Shown one piece after another: positions 21,821 through 30,164 of a stretch of DNA of 32,000 bases. The stretch comes from Raphidiopsis brookii D9. Its GTDB lineage: Bacteria > Cyanobacteriota > Cyanobacteriia > Cyanobacteriales > Nostocaceae. Where the stretch lies: positions 450,001-482,000 of the forward strand of contig ACYB01000035.1 of NCBI GenBank assembly GCA_000175855.1. Reading direction: 5' to 3'. Position numbers and translations under genes: made by a program. Numbering within the stretch: the first letter of the stretch is position 1; each line of letters begins with the position of its first letter. The notes below the pieces were generated by a model. That model saw only the letters and a program-made list of their open reading frames with translations. It did no database searches and had not been told where the DNA came from.

Positions 21821-22612
21821 CTAATTATGAGCCCATCTACAAACCATACGATGTAGCATAACTAACAAAATGTCAATAACCACACCAATCAGACCAATGA
21901 CAATCAACCCAGCAAAAATCTCATCTGTTTTGAGGAATCTTTGAGCTACACTAATGCGTCTACCCAGTCCCTCGGTTGCAGCTACCAACTCTGCTACAAT
22001 CACTAAGTTCCAAGAAGCTGCCATATTAACTCGACAAGCATCAATGATATTCGGCACAATAAAAGGCAAAATCACTTGCAATATAATTTGATGGTTTTTA
22101 CCACCTAATGTATAAGAAGTCTCAATCAATTCTCGAGAAACAAACTTTACCGCATCCATAATCATCAGAGTATTAAAGAACACTGTACCAATAAATATCA
22201 ACAGTATTTTTGGTGTTTCTCCTAAACCGAAATACAAAATCAGCAGGGGAATAAAAGCGGGCGCAGGCATGTAGCGAAAAATACTAATAGCAGGCTCGAA
22301 TAAAGCTCGAACTACTGGAAAACTACCCATCAATACGCCCAAAGGAATAGAGATAACAGCAGCTAATAAAAACCCACCTAAAACCCGTAATAAACTAAAT
22401 CCAATATCTGTTTGCAGGTTACCGGTTGCCCACAGTTTTTGTAAAGCAGTAAGAACTGCTTGAGGGGTTGGCAAAAACAATGGTTTAACTAAACCAGAGT
22501 TGGAGACTACCAACCAAATAAAAACCGGAATAGTGATTGATAAAATCATGAACAACCAAGTTGAATTATCACCAATACCCCAGGAAACGGCGGGAGAATT
22601 ATTTTTTCTCAT
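21821..22612 (-). CDS. NitT/TauT-type ABC transporter permease, candidate guanidine transporter component
   Basis: LLRVLGGFLLAAVISIPLGVLMG...ISIFRYMPAPAFIPLLILYFGLGETPKILLI, an SsuC/TauC-type permease. Confidence 0.88.
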   Translation of the reverse strand: MRKNNSPAVSWGIGDNSTWLFMILSITIPVFIWLVVSNSGLVKPLFLPTPQAVLTALQKLWATGNLQTDIGFSLLRVLGGFLLAAVISIPLGVLMGSFPVVRALFEPAISIFRYMPAPAFIPLLILYFGLGETPKILLIFIGTVFFNTLMIMDAVKFVSRELIETSYTLGGKNHQIILQVILPFIVPNIIDACRVNMAASWNLVIVAELVAATEGLGRRISVAQRFLKTDEIFAGLIVIGLIGVVIDILLVMLHRMVCRWAHN

Positions 22613-22669
22613 TAATCCTTTGATTGTTTATGAGTTTTATGAGTTTTTGGTATACTAGATATATCCCAC

Positions 22670-23665
22670 CTATTTTTGCTTGGCAGCGTAGGCTTTAACA
22701 AAACGATCATCAAATATTTGACTAAGGTCAGGCACCTTTTTGGCAAGTTTTGCATCAACGAGAAATTTAGCAATTTCCTGAGCTGTATATTTCAATGACC
22801 CTATATTGCTATTAGAACTAAAAGCTTGCAGATTATCCTCAACACTAAAAATTTTAGTTCCTTCAGCATATTTTTTGTATTCATCAACCGTGACTCCAGC
22901 TCTTTTTGCCATGATTTCATTGCTTTTTTCTGGGTTAGCTTTAATGTAGTCTAGTGTCTCAAACCAACTATCAACTAGAGCTTGCACATCTTGAGGACGT
23001 TCTTTAATTAATTGGCGGTTCACTACCAGATGATCGGGAATGGCTCCAGGAAAATCTCGCGAACTGAACAATTCTTTACTACCAGGAAGTTCTAAAGCTT
23101 TAGTAGTAAAGGGTGCAAACACACCGACAGCATCAACCTGACCAGCAACAAATGCTGCGGATGCTGCACCAGTTTCCAAGGGTTGCAAAATAATATCATT
23201 TGAAGTCAATCCAGCCTTTTTCATACCCAGAAGTAATAAGAAATGGTCAACTGTTCCCTCTTCCACTGCTACTTTTTTTCCCTTCAAATCCGCAATGGTG
23301 TTAATACCTTCTCGGACGATAATCTTATCATTGCCAGTGGAATTATCGTTTACTAAAACAATAACTTGATCCGATCCTGCTGCTACGGAGCTAATAGTAT
23401 CATTGAGGGTTTGGCTATTGGCATCCAATTTCCCAGAATTTAAGGCATTAATTGAGTCTAAATAACCATCAAACCACTTGAGATTCACCTGTATATTATT
23501 GGCAGTAAATAGGTTTTCGTTTGCAGCTATTTGCCATGGTATCCATCCAGGCCATACACTAAAACCTACCTGGATCTCTCTACTATCTCCACCATAAGGT
23601 GTACAACTAATTGCCAGCAATAAACTGAATACAAATAGTGTGCATAGGGAAAGTAATTTTCGCAT
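22670..23665 (-). CDS. Periplasmic substrate-binding lipoprotein (SsuA/THI5-like fold), candidate guanidine transporter component
   Basis: Lipobox-like LLLAISC, VGFSVWPGWIPWQIAANENLFTANNI, IADLKGKKVAVEEGTVDHFLLLLGMKKAG. It abuts the HypB-like gene with no gap. Confidence 0.88.
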   Translation of the reverse strand: MRKLLSLCTLFVFSLLLAISCTPYGGDSREIQVGFSVWPGWIPWQIAANENLFTANNIQVNLKWFDGYLDSINALNSGKLDANSQTLNDTISSVAAGSDQVIVLVNDNSTGNDKIIVREGINTIADLKGKKVAVEEGTVDHFLLLLGMKKAGLTSNDIILQPLETGAASAAFVAGQVDAVGVFAPFTTKALELPGSKELFSSRDFPGAIPDHLVVNRQLIKERPQDVQALVDSWFETLDYIKANPEKSNEIMAKRAGVTVDEYKKYAEGTKIFSVEDNLQAFSSNSNIGSLKYTAQEIAKFLVDAKLAKKVPDLSQIFDDRFVKAYAAKQK

Positions 23666-24367
23666 TTACTTAGTACCTTTTATATCTAAATGGTAATTTG
23701 ACTTAACCTGGGTTTTCACCCAATCACACCAAGTATCCAGTCCCTCATCAGTTTTCGCTGAGAAAGGAATAATTTTGACCCCCGGATTCATCTGTTGGAC
23801 ATTGGTCACAATCTGATTAATATCAGTGTTTAAATAGGGCGCTAAATCTATCTTGGTAATTAACAAACAGTCTGCTGCTTGAAACATAATTGGATACTTA
23901 AGAGGTTTATCTTCTCCCTCTGTGATGCTTAATAAAGCAACTTTAAAGTGTTCACCAACTTCAAATTCAGCTGGACATACTAAATTGCCAACATTTTCCA
24001 CCAAGACCAAATCTAGTTCAGTTGGATTATGTTTGTTTTCTAGTTGATGAATTCCACCAGCTACCATTTGGGAATCTAAGTGACAAGAACGACCTGTATT
24101 AATTGCAATTACCGGAACACCATATTGACGTAAGCGGTTGGCATCTAGTTCTGTGTTCATATCTCCTTCAATCACTGCAATTTTCAACTCACTTGTCAAA
24201 ACAGATAAGCTTCTTTCCAATAGACTGGTTTTACCTGCTCCCGGACTGCTCATAATATTTAGACAGGTGATACCCCAACTGTTGAAGTGGGAACGATTGT
24301 GATCTGCTCCTTCTTGGTTAGCATGAAGTAAATTAATTTCCAATGCAGCACTATAGGTTTGGTGCAT
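23666..24367 (-). CDS. ghaB: HypB-like nickel-chaperone GTPase of the guanidine hydrolase cluster (GhaB)
   Basis: P-loop [44 protein letters not shown] and TKIDL. No hydrogenase genes nearby; sits directly after the ureohydrolase and HypA-like genes. Confidence 0.85.
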   Translation of the reverse strand: MHQTYSAALEINLLHANQEGADHNRSHFNSWGITCLNIMSSPGAGKTSLLERSLSVLTSELKIAVIEGDMNTELDANRLRQYGVPVIAINTGRSCHLDSQMVAGGIHQLENKHNPTELDLVLVENVGNLVCPAEFEVGEHFKVALLSITEGEDKPLKYPIMFQAADCLLITKIDLAPYLNTDINQIVTNVQQMNPGVKIIPFSAKTDEGLDTWCDWVKTQVKSNYHLDIKGTK

Positions 24368-24375
24368 AATCCTCT

Positions 24376-24732
24376 CTACTCTTTTAAACTATATTCAATC
24401 CGCTCTATTTTCAGTTCCCTACCCGAACGAATATCCTCCATGGGATGACAACAGCGCGGACAGCTATATTGCTGACCAATTTCCGGAAGGTACTCTAATT
24501 GACAGGGATGACAAAAGGCAATTAAGGGAATTTCCTTGATTACTAATTTTACTCCATCCAAAAATGTGTTACGTGTTTGTACTTGAAAGGTAAATTGCAA
24601 ACTTGCAGGTTCCACACAGGTGAACTTACCAATCATCAAATGAATTGCGGAAATACGCGGACAACCAGGCTGGGATTCCCACCATTGTTTAATAGTGATA
24701 ATTAATGCCTTGGTCATGTCAGTTTCATGCAA
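24376..24732 (-). CDS. ghaA: HypA-like nickel metallochaperone of the guanidine hydrolase cluster (GhaA)
   Basis: 118 aa starting MHETDM, with zinc site [21 protein letters not shown]. Confidence 0.85.
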   Translation of the reverse strand: MHETDMTKALIITIKQWWESQPGCPRISAIHLMIGKFTCVEPASLQFTFQVQTRNTFLDGVKLVIKEIPLIAFCHPCQLEYLPEIGQQYSCPRCCHPMEDIRSGRELKIERIEYSLKE

Positions 24733-24735
24733 GGT

Positions 24736-25914
24736 TTAACTCCAATCCACTATTGATTCTTGTCGTGTTTCCATTTCGATATAAGCAGGTTTATCTTTTC
24801 GTGGTAATTGACCAGATTTAATTAAATGTCCCATAGTGTCGCAAATAACACGAGTGGCCATAAGTGAAGTAATGTCACTAATGTCGTAAGGAGGCGACAC
24901 TTCTACTACTTCCAGTCCACAAATTGGGGCACGCTGAACAATTTTACTTAGAATGTAAAGTGCTTCCCGAGGCATAAAACCACCTGGTTCTGGCCAACCG
25001 GTTCCCGGAACAAATCCAGCATCAATACAGTCAATATCGAAACTGATATAAACACAATCTGTACCATCTAATGCTCTTTCTAGGGCAAATTCCACCGCAT
25101 AATCCAGTCCCTTTTCAACAATGTCAGTGATTGTGAGAATATTAGTAGACCGTTGGCGACAAATTTTTACCCCCTGGCGTGGTACTTGCCATCCACCAAT
25201 TCCCAACTGCACCAGATTTTGGGCAGGGGCATTTTTTATGTTGGTGGCATGGAACCATGGACAAGTGTGCATTCTTTCGTCTAGATCCGTTTCTTGTGTA
25301 TCCACATGGCGATCAAAATGAATAATACCCATTTTTTTATCTCCCAAATGTCGGCAAATACCCCTGACAGTTGGGTAGCCAATAGAGTGATCACCACCCA
25401 TAATAATGGGAAACGCACCGGAACTAAAAATGTGGGCAATTCCTTTAGAAATCTGGTCAAATGACTTCTCGTTATTAGCAGGGATGGTAAAAATATCCCC
25501 TACATCACATAGGGTAATTTGTTCTCTTAGATCTACGCCCAATTCAAAGTTATAGGGGGTATATAAAGCGGAAATTCGACGGATTCCTTGGGGTCCAAAT
25601 CTGGTTCCAGGACGGTAAGTGGTTCCAGAATCATGGGGAACTCCCACAATAGCTACGTCATATTCTCCTACTTTCCAGATATCTTCTAAATAGGGAGCCT
25701 TCAAAAAAGTATTAATTCCAGCGTAGTGAGGTAGTTCACCACGAGCAAATGTGGAAATTGTCCGATCATTAATGCTTGCTGCTGCTTCTAGTCCCAACTC
25801 TAAACTGCGAGAAACTTCTTGCTGCCAACCAGTTAATGGTAGTTGTCTTTCTAGTTCTAAGGCTTGTTGCGCTTCACTGTCGGGTCTATTCGGTTGAAAT
25901 TCGTTCATACTCAT
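24736..25914 (-). CDS. gdmH: Guanidine hydrolase, Ni-dependent ureohydrolase-family enzyme; usually mis-annotated as agmatinase/SpeB
   Basis: Ureohydrolase motifs GGDHSIGYP, HFDRHVDTQETDLDERMHTCPWFHA and SFDIDCIDAGFVPGTGWPEPGG. Long N-terminal extension (392 aa total), guanidine-I riboswitch upstream, and HypA/HypB-like genes downstream. Confidence 0.88.
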   Translation of the reverse strand: MSMNEFQPNRPDSEAQQALELERQLPLTGWQQEVSRSLELGLEAAASINDRTISTFARGELPHYAGINTFLKAPYLEDIWKVGEYDVAIVGVPHDSGTTYRPGTRFGPQGIRRISALYTPYNFELGVDLREQITLCDVGDIFTIPANNEKSFDQISKGIAHIFSSGAFPIIMGGDHSIGYPTVRGICRHLGDKKMGIIHFDRHVDTQETDLDERMHTCPWFHATNIKNAPAQNLVQLGIGGWQVPRQGVKICRQRSTNILTITDIVEKGLDYAVEFALERALDGTDCVYISFDIDCIDAGFVPGTGWPEPGGFMPREALYILSKIVQRAPICGLEVVEVSPPYDISDITSLMATRVICDTMGHLIKSGQLPRKDKPAYIEMETRQESIVDWS

Positions 25915-25999
25915 AACATAATATCCTTAGATTGAGGATTTTGGATTTTAATTCCTAGACCCAGAATTTCCATTGGGATTGGATGTGGTTTAAAACCAC

Positions 26000-26055
26000 A
26001 AAGCCCAGGAGAGCAAATACAGTGCCATGACTGCTATTTACTTCTCCCGGGCTTT
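26000..26055 (-). promoter_or_regulatory. Expression-platform hairpin mutually exclusive with the guanidine-I aptamer
   Basis: Minus-strand RNA AAAGCCCGGGAGA (26055-26043) pairs over 13 nt (one G-U) with UCUCCUGGGCUUU (26012-26000). Inner helices AAAUA/UAUUU and CAGU/ACUG extend it. Confidence 0.75.
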
Positions 26056-26151
26056 TTTCCCTCCGTGTAGTTACTCTCTAATACTAGAAAATAACTTGCC
26101 TCTCTCGGACCTGCATTTTGTTTGGTAATTAAAAACCGGAACCCTAGAGGC
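26041..26151 (-). ncRNA. Guanidine-I (ykkC class) riboswitch aptamer
   Basis: Minus-strand GCCTCTAGGGTTCCGG...GGTCCGAGAGAGGC...TACACGGAGGGAAAAAAGCCCGGGAGA carries the class core motifs. P1 GCCTCT/AGAGGC and an 11-bp hairpin GTTATTTTCTA-GTAT-TAGAGAGTAAC can be drawn by hand. Confidence 0.95.
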
Positions 26152-26305
26152 TATTTGTTGATTTTTCCCACCTAACAATCTAGTTTAAAATACTAGGTGC
26201 AGGATAAATTGGTTGATGAATTCGTTATACATTTAACTGGGATAATAACATGTTAATGGTAATAAACTGTATATAAAACTACAAAATTCTCAAGAATGTT
26301 TATAC

Positions 26306-27043
26306 ATGGAAACAGAAAAGTCAGCTTTAGAGAAAATCAAGGTCATTTTAGTTGAACCTGCGGGATGTCTAAATTTGGGTTCTATAGCCAGGGTAATGAA
26401 AAACTTCGGGTTATGTGATTTAATTCTAGTCAATCCCCAGTGTGACCCTACTTCCTTAGAATCCCTAAGAATGGCAGTTCATGCTCCAGAAATATTAGAA
26501 ACCGCCCGAATAGTAGATAATTTAACCACAGCACTAGCTGGATGCGATCGCGCTATTGCTACTATAGGTAGGGATTATAATGGGGAGTTACCTATAGAAA
26601 GTCCTCGTCATGCTTTACCCTGGTTATTAGGAGAGTCGGAAAAACCAGGAGGTTTGATTTTTGGTAGGGAGGACCGGGGTTTAACTAATCAGGAAATTAA
26701 TTATGCCCAAAAACTAGTGTTTATACCCACCAGTCCGGAATATATCTCTTTAAATTTGGCTACAGCAGTATCTATCTGTTGTTATGAATTATCACAATCT
26801 CTGATGACAATGGAAACGGGGAAAATGCCCACCAGAAATATTGCTACCTTGGATATGCTTGAATCTTACTACCAAGAGTTAGAATCTTTACTGCTCTCTA
26901 TCGGTTATCTCTATCCCCACACAGCATCTAGTCGGATGGAAAAGTTCCGCCATTTGTACAATCGCAGTGAACTAACAACCACGGAAGTAGCTATGCTCAG
27001 GGGTATTTTAAAACAGGTACAATGGGCAATTAAAAATTTTTGA
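26306..27043 (+). CDS. trmJ: TrmJ-like RNA methyltransferase (SPOUT family)
   Basis: IKVILVEPAGCLNLGSIARVMKNFG, LIFGREDRGLTNQE and NLATAVSICCYEL. Confidence 0.83.
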   Translation: METEKSALEKIKVILVEPAGCLNLGSIARVMKNFGLCDLILVNPQCDPTSLESLRMAVHAPEILETARIVDNLTTALAGCDRAIATIGRDYNGELPIESPRHALPWLLGESEKPGGLIFGREDRGLTNQEINYAQKLVFIPTSPEYISLNLATAVSICCYELSQSLMTMETGKMPTRNIATLDMLESYYQELESLLLSIGYLYPHTASSRMEKFRHLYNRSELTTTEVAMLRGILKQVQWAIKNF

Positions 27044-27142
27044 TAAAATGTTACATGTTCGGAAATGAGGATCTAAAATAGGGGGACTATAATAAATCTG
27101 GTTTGTATTCAGTAAACACCTGGGCAATTTTAAGGAGCAGCA

Positions 27143-28714
27143 GTGTCAAAACCTAGCGACAAAATCATAACTGGGTCCGGGGACCAATCTCCCAAGATTG
27201 GTCGTCGTCATCGCAAACACAGGTCTCAAGACCACACACAAAAGACAACTGCAAAAACTGCCCAAAGGACACAATCAAAACCGGCTAAGATGCAATCTAT
27301 GGGTCTAAACTATCAACAACATGTTAAAGTATTACCCACAGGTGCCTCTAATAAGCATGAACGCAATGAAACTGATAAAGTAAGGAAATCACAACGCCTG
27401 GTAGTATCCGGTAATGTGAAACCTACTCCTAAGCTATCTAGCAAAATGACCGGGAGTAACCCCAAGGTCAAAACATTACGTGTACCCGCACATCCCAAAA
27501 AATACGCCCATCCATCCCGAAAAGCAAGGTTAAAACCAGCAGCTAATATTATTTTGTATGCCTTGCGACTGTTAATTGTGGGGGTGGGTTTGGGTGCAAT
27601 TGTGGGCACCCTATTGTCAGTGTTAGACCCGGCCAATCGAATTACCACTAACTCCATTAATCCACCTGTAACTCCAAGTTCTTCCCCCCAATCTCCCATT
27701 AATAGTTCCGGACTGGTCATATCTCGGGAAATTACCCCTCTGAAAACCACTATCGAAAACCTATCAGCAGCTAACCCTAATCTCATCCCCGGTGTGTTTA
27801 TAGTGGATATAGATTCCGGTGCATATGTGGATGTTAGTGGGAACAATAATTTCCCCGCAGCTAGTACTATTAAGATACCAGTTCTAGTGGCTTTTTTAGA
27901 GGATGTTGATAGGGGCAAAATTCGTCTCGATGAAATCTTAACTATGGAGCAAGAAATGGTAGCAGGAGGTTCTGGTAATTTAAGAACTATGCCTGTAGGT
28001 ACTAAGCTGAAATCCATTGAAGTAGCTACCAAAATGATGACTATCAGTGACAACACTGCTACAAATATGTTGATTAGTAAATTGGGAGGGAAAGAGTTAT
28101 TAAACTCCCGTTTTCGTAGTTGGGGACTAGTAAATACTGCCATTCAAAGTCCATTACCAGATTTAGAGGGTACTAATACTACCTCTCCTAAAGAGTTGGC
28201 CAGCTTAATTGCCAAAGTTAATCAGGGTGAATTAATATCCATGCGATCGCGTGATTTGATGTTGGATATTATGCGACGTACCCAAAGGGATGATTTATTA
28301 CCTGCTGGGTTAGGGGAAGGAGCGACAGCATATCATAAAACCGGTGATATTGGGACAATGTTAGCAGATGCTGGTTTGATTGATGTTCCTACGGGTAAAC
28401 GTTACATTGCTAGTATTATGGTGAAACGTCCTCATAATGAACCTGCTGCAGCAAAGTTAATCAATTCTATATCTCAAGCCACTTATTCTTATTTAAGTCA
28501 GAGTAATTTCTCCCCTGATGGTTCTACCAATAATCAACCATCAAGCAATCAAAGGTTAAATAATTCTTCCACTCCATTTACCCAACCATTTCTCCAACCT
28601 CAAGGTGGCAATTCAAATATTCCCAATGCTACAATCAACAATGCACCCCTGGGAAATTATCAGTCTCCTCTGAATAATCCCCCATATTATCCACCACAAT
28701 CTCATCCGAACTAA
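27143..28714 (+). CDS. Class A beta-lactamase-fold serine hydrolase with basic N-terminal extension and TM anchor
   Basis: SxxK (AASTIKIPVLVAF), SDN (ISDNTATNMLI) and KTG (YHKTGDIGTML). About 120 Lys/Arg-rich residues come before a TM helix, and there is a Pro/Gln/Asn-rich tail. Confidence 0.85.
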   Translation: MSKPSDKIITGSGDQSPKIGRRHRKHRSQDHTQKTTAKTAQRTQSKPAKMQSMGLNYQQHVKVLPTGASNKHERNETDKVRKSQRLVVSGNVKPTPKLSSKMTGSNPKVKTLRVPAHPKKYAHPSRKARLKPAANIILYALRLLIVGVGLGAIVGTLLSVLDPANRITTNSINPPVTPSSSPQSPINSSGLVISREITPLKTTIENLSAANPNLIPGVFIVDIDSGAYVDVSGNNNFPAASTIKIPVLVAFLEDVDRGKIRLDEILTMEQEMVAGGSGNLRTMPVGTKLKSIEVATKMMTISDNTATNMLISKLGGKELLNSRFRSWGLVNTAIQSPLPDLEGTNTTSPKELASLIAKVNQGELISMRSRDLMLDIMRRTQRDDLLPAGLGEGATAYHKTGDIGTMLADAGLIDVPTGKRYIASIMVKRPHNEPAAAKLINSISQATYSYLSQSNFSPDGSTNNQPSSNQRLNNSSTPFTQPFLQPQGGNSNIPNATINNAPLGNYQSPLNNPPYYPPQSHPN

Positions 28715-28723
28715 CAGGGAATT

Positions 28724-28819
28724 ATGACGTCTCCATCAATTCAATTTTTTGCGGGTCTATTTGAAGAAATCAGTAATGTAAGTTTACGTCGAGAGGTCAG
28801 GACTGTGGATCTTATGTAA
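28724..28819 (+). pseudogene. N-terminal remnant resembling a Psb28-family protein
   Basis: ATG...TAA encodes MTSPSIQFFAGLFEEISNVSLRREVRTVDLM, then stop. It resembles the Psb28 N-terminus (IQF.xG..EE...V.L.R...G.R.V.M) but lacks the rest of the domain. Confidence 0.5.
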
Positions 28820-28845
28820 ATGCTGAAAAGGTAAACAGTTATAAG

Positions 28846-29418
28846 ATGGAAGTTCAGGATGAGCACCCGATCTTTAATTCTTGGGGTGGAACAGTTACAA
28901 CCTATAATGAGTTTACATTTCTGAAATGTCCTCAATGCTTTCAACCTTTCCTCACTTGTACGGAATATTGTAATGGCTCAGAGTCTTATAATGATTTTGA
29001 GTATGCTCAAGTAAAAACTTTATATCCAATATCAAATACTAGTAGCGTATATAGAGTACCTACATACATAAGAAAATCATTTCAGGAGGCTTTCTTATGT
29101 CTAAATGCCAAAGCATTTTCGGCATGTATAGCTATGTGTATAAAAACTATAGAGTCTATATGTGAGGAGCATAAAATTGAGGGTAATTCTCTAAAAGAAA
29201 AGCTGGAAATAATGAGACAGCAAGAAATTATTAATCACCATCTTTATAACTGGGCGAGTAATTTAAAACTACAGGATTTATCCTGTGACGTGGACATAAA
29301 CTTTAATCAGAATGATGCTCAACAGATAGTTGAGTTGACTGATTTAGTGATTGAGTACATTTTCAGGTACAGGAAGAATTTTGAGTTGTTTAAGAAAACA
29401 AAACTTGGTGACAAATAA
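28846..29418 (+). CDS. DUF4145-like protein
   Basis: 190 aa with a partial CPQC zinc-knuckle motif, then helical FQEAFLCLNAKAFSACIAMCIKTIESICEEHKIEGNSLKEKLE, typical of DUF4145. Confidence 0.6.
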   Translation: MEVQDEHPIFNSWGGTVTTYNEFTFLKCPQCFQPFLTCTEYCNGSESYNDFEYAQVKTLYPISNTSSVYRVPTYIRKSFQEAFLCLNAKAFSACIAMCIKTIESICEEHKIEGNSLKEKLEIMRQQEIINHHLYNWASNLKLQDLSCDVDINFNQNDAQQIVELTDLVIEYIFRYRKNFELFKKTKLGDK

Positions 29419-29435
29419 AAATGCAACATAACAAA

Positions 29436-30044
29436 CTAGCTTTTAGGTGCTTCTATATAAGACCTATTTAAATTTATACCTTCTGCTCCCGTATAACCAG
29501 TACCAACCCATACAATAGCGCGAAATCCATCACGAATAACCTTTTCTATTGGTTCTGGATCAGTTCTGGAAGGAACAGATATTGGTTTAAGACTAATATC
29601 TCTAGTTCCCAAAATAATTTCGCCAACCACACGGGCACGACGCATGTGAAAATCGGATGTAATTAAATAAACACTTTTAATCTTTTTGTCTTGTAAATCA
29701 TCTACTATAGTAGTAAAGTTAGTTACCGTGTCTACTGCTTCATAATCTAAATGTAAACGACTTAAATTAACTCCAGCTTTTTTAAACACCTTTTTTGTGT
29801 GATCAGCTGGACTCCCACCAGTAATCCATATTGGTATGTTGGGATGTTTTTTAGCAAAATTGGCAGCAAACCTCTCTCGCTCTAAATGCTTACTTGAACC
29901 ACCTAAAACCAAAACAGCTTGTGGAATTGAAAATTGGTTCTGGACTTCTCTGTATCCCCACCAGATAAAAATTGGCAGAATAAAGAACATAATGGGCAAA
30001 GATTTACCTTTAAACAATGGCCTTTTCCGGTGTGTAAATTCCAC
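29436..30044 (-). CDS. YdcF/SanA/ElyC-like DUF218 family protein
   Basis: N-terminal TM segment, AVLVLGGSSKHLERERFAANFAKKHPNIPIWITGGSP, YEAVDTVTNFTTIVDDL and YLITSDFHMRRARVVGEIILG. Confidence 0.82.
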   Translation of the reverse strand: MEFTHRKRPLFKGKSLPIMFFILPIFIWWGYREVQNQFSIPQAVLVLGGSSKHLERERFAANFAKKHPNIPIWITGGSPADHTKKVFKKAGVNLSRLHLDYEAVDTVTNFTTIVDDLQDKKIKSVYLITSDFHMRRARVVGEIILGTRDISLKPISVPSRTDPEPIEKVIRDGFRAIVWVGTGYTGAEGINLNRSYIEAPKS

Positions 30045-30164
30045 CTCAATTGTATTTCCTCAAGAGAATTTTTGGTAACTAGGAAAAGGACTATTTTTTT
30101 TAAAAACGACTTATCCGGTCTCTAACTAGCGGTTTTGATGTATAGCCATATTTCCAGAAAGGGA

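Noticed and set aside
23666-24732. hypA/hypB as hydrogenase maturation genes
   Set aside because: No hydrogenase structural or other hyp genes are in the window. Position directly after the guanidine hydrolase under a guanidine riboswitch supports GhaA/GhaB roles. The HypB-like protein also lacks a His-rich or CxxCGC N-terminus.
24736-25914. Agmatinase (speB) or arginase assignment
   Set aside because: Motif HFDRHVDTQETDLDERMHTCPWFHA, the extended N-terminus and the riboswitch context fit guanidine hydrolase better.
27143-28714. Acquired antibiotic-resistance beta-lactamase
   Set aside because: No mobile element flanks it, and the basic extension and TM anchor argue for a resident chromosomal protein.
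28741-28944. 67-aa minus-strand ORF over the Psb28-like remnant and DUF4145 start
   Set aside because: No motifs and low-complexity hydrophobic content. Plus-strand readings explain the region better.
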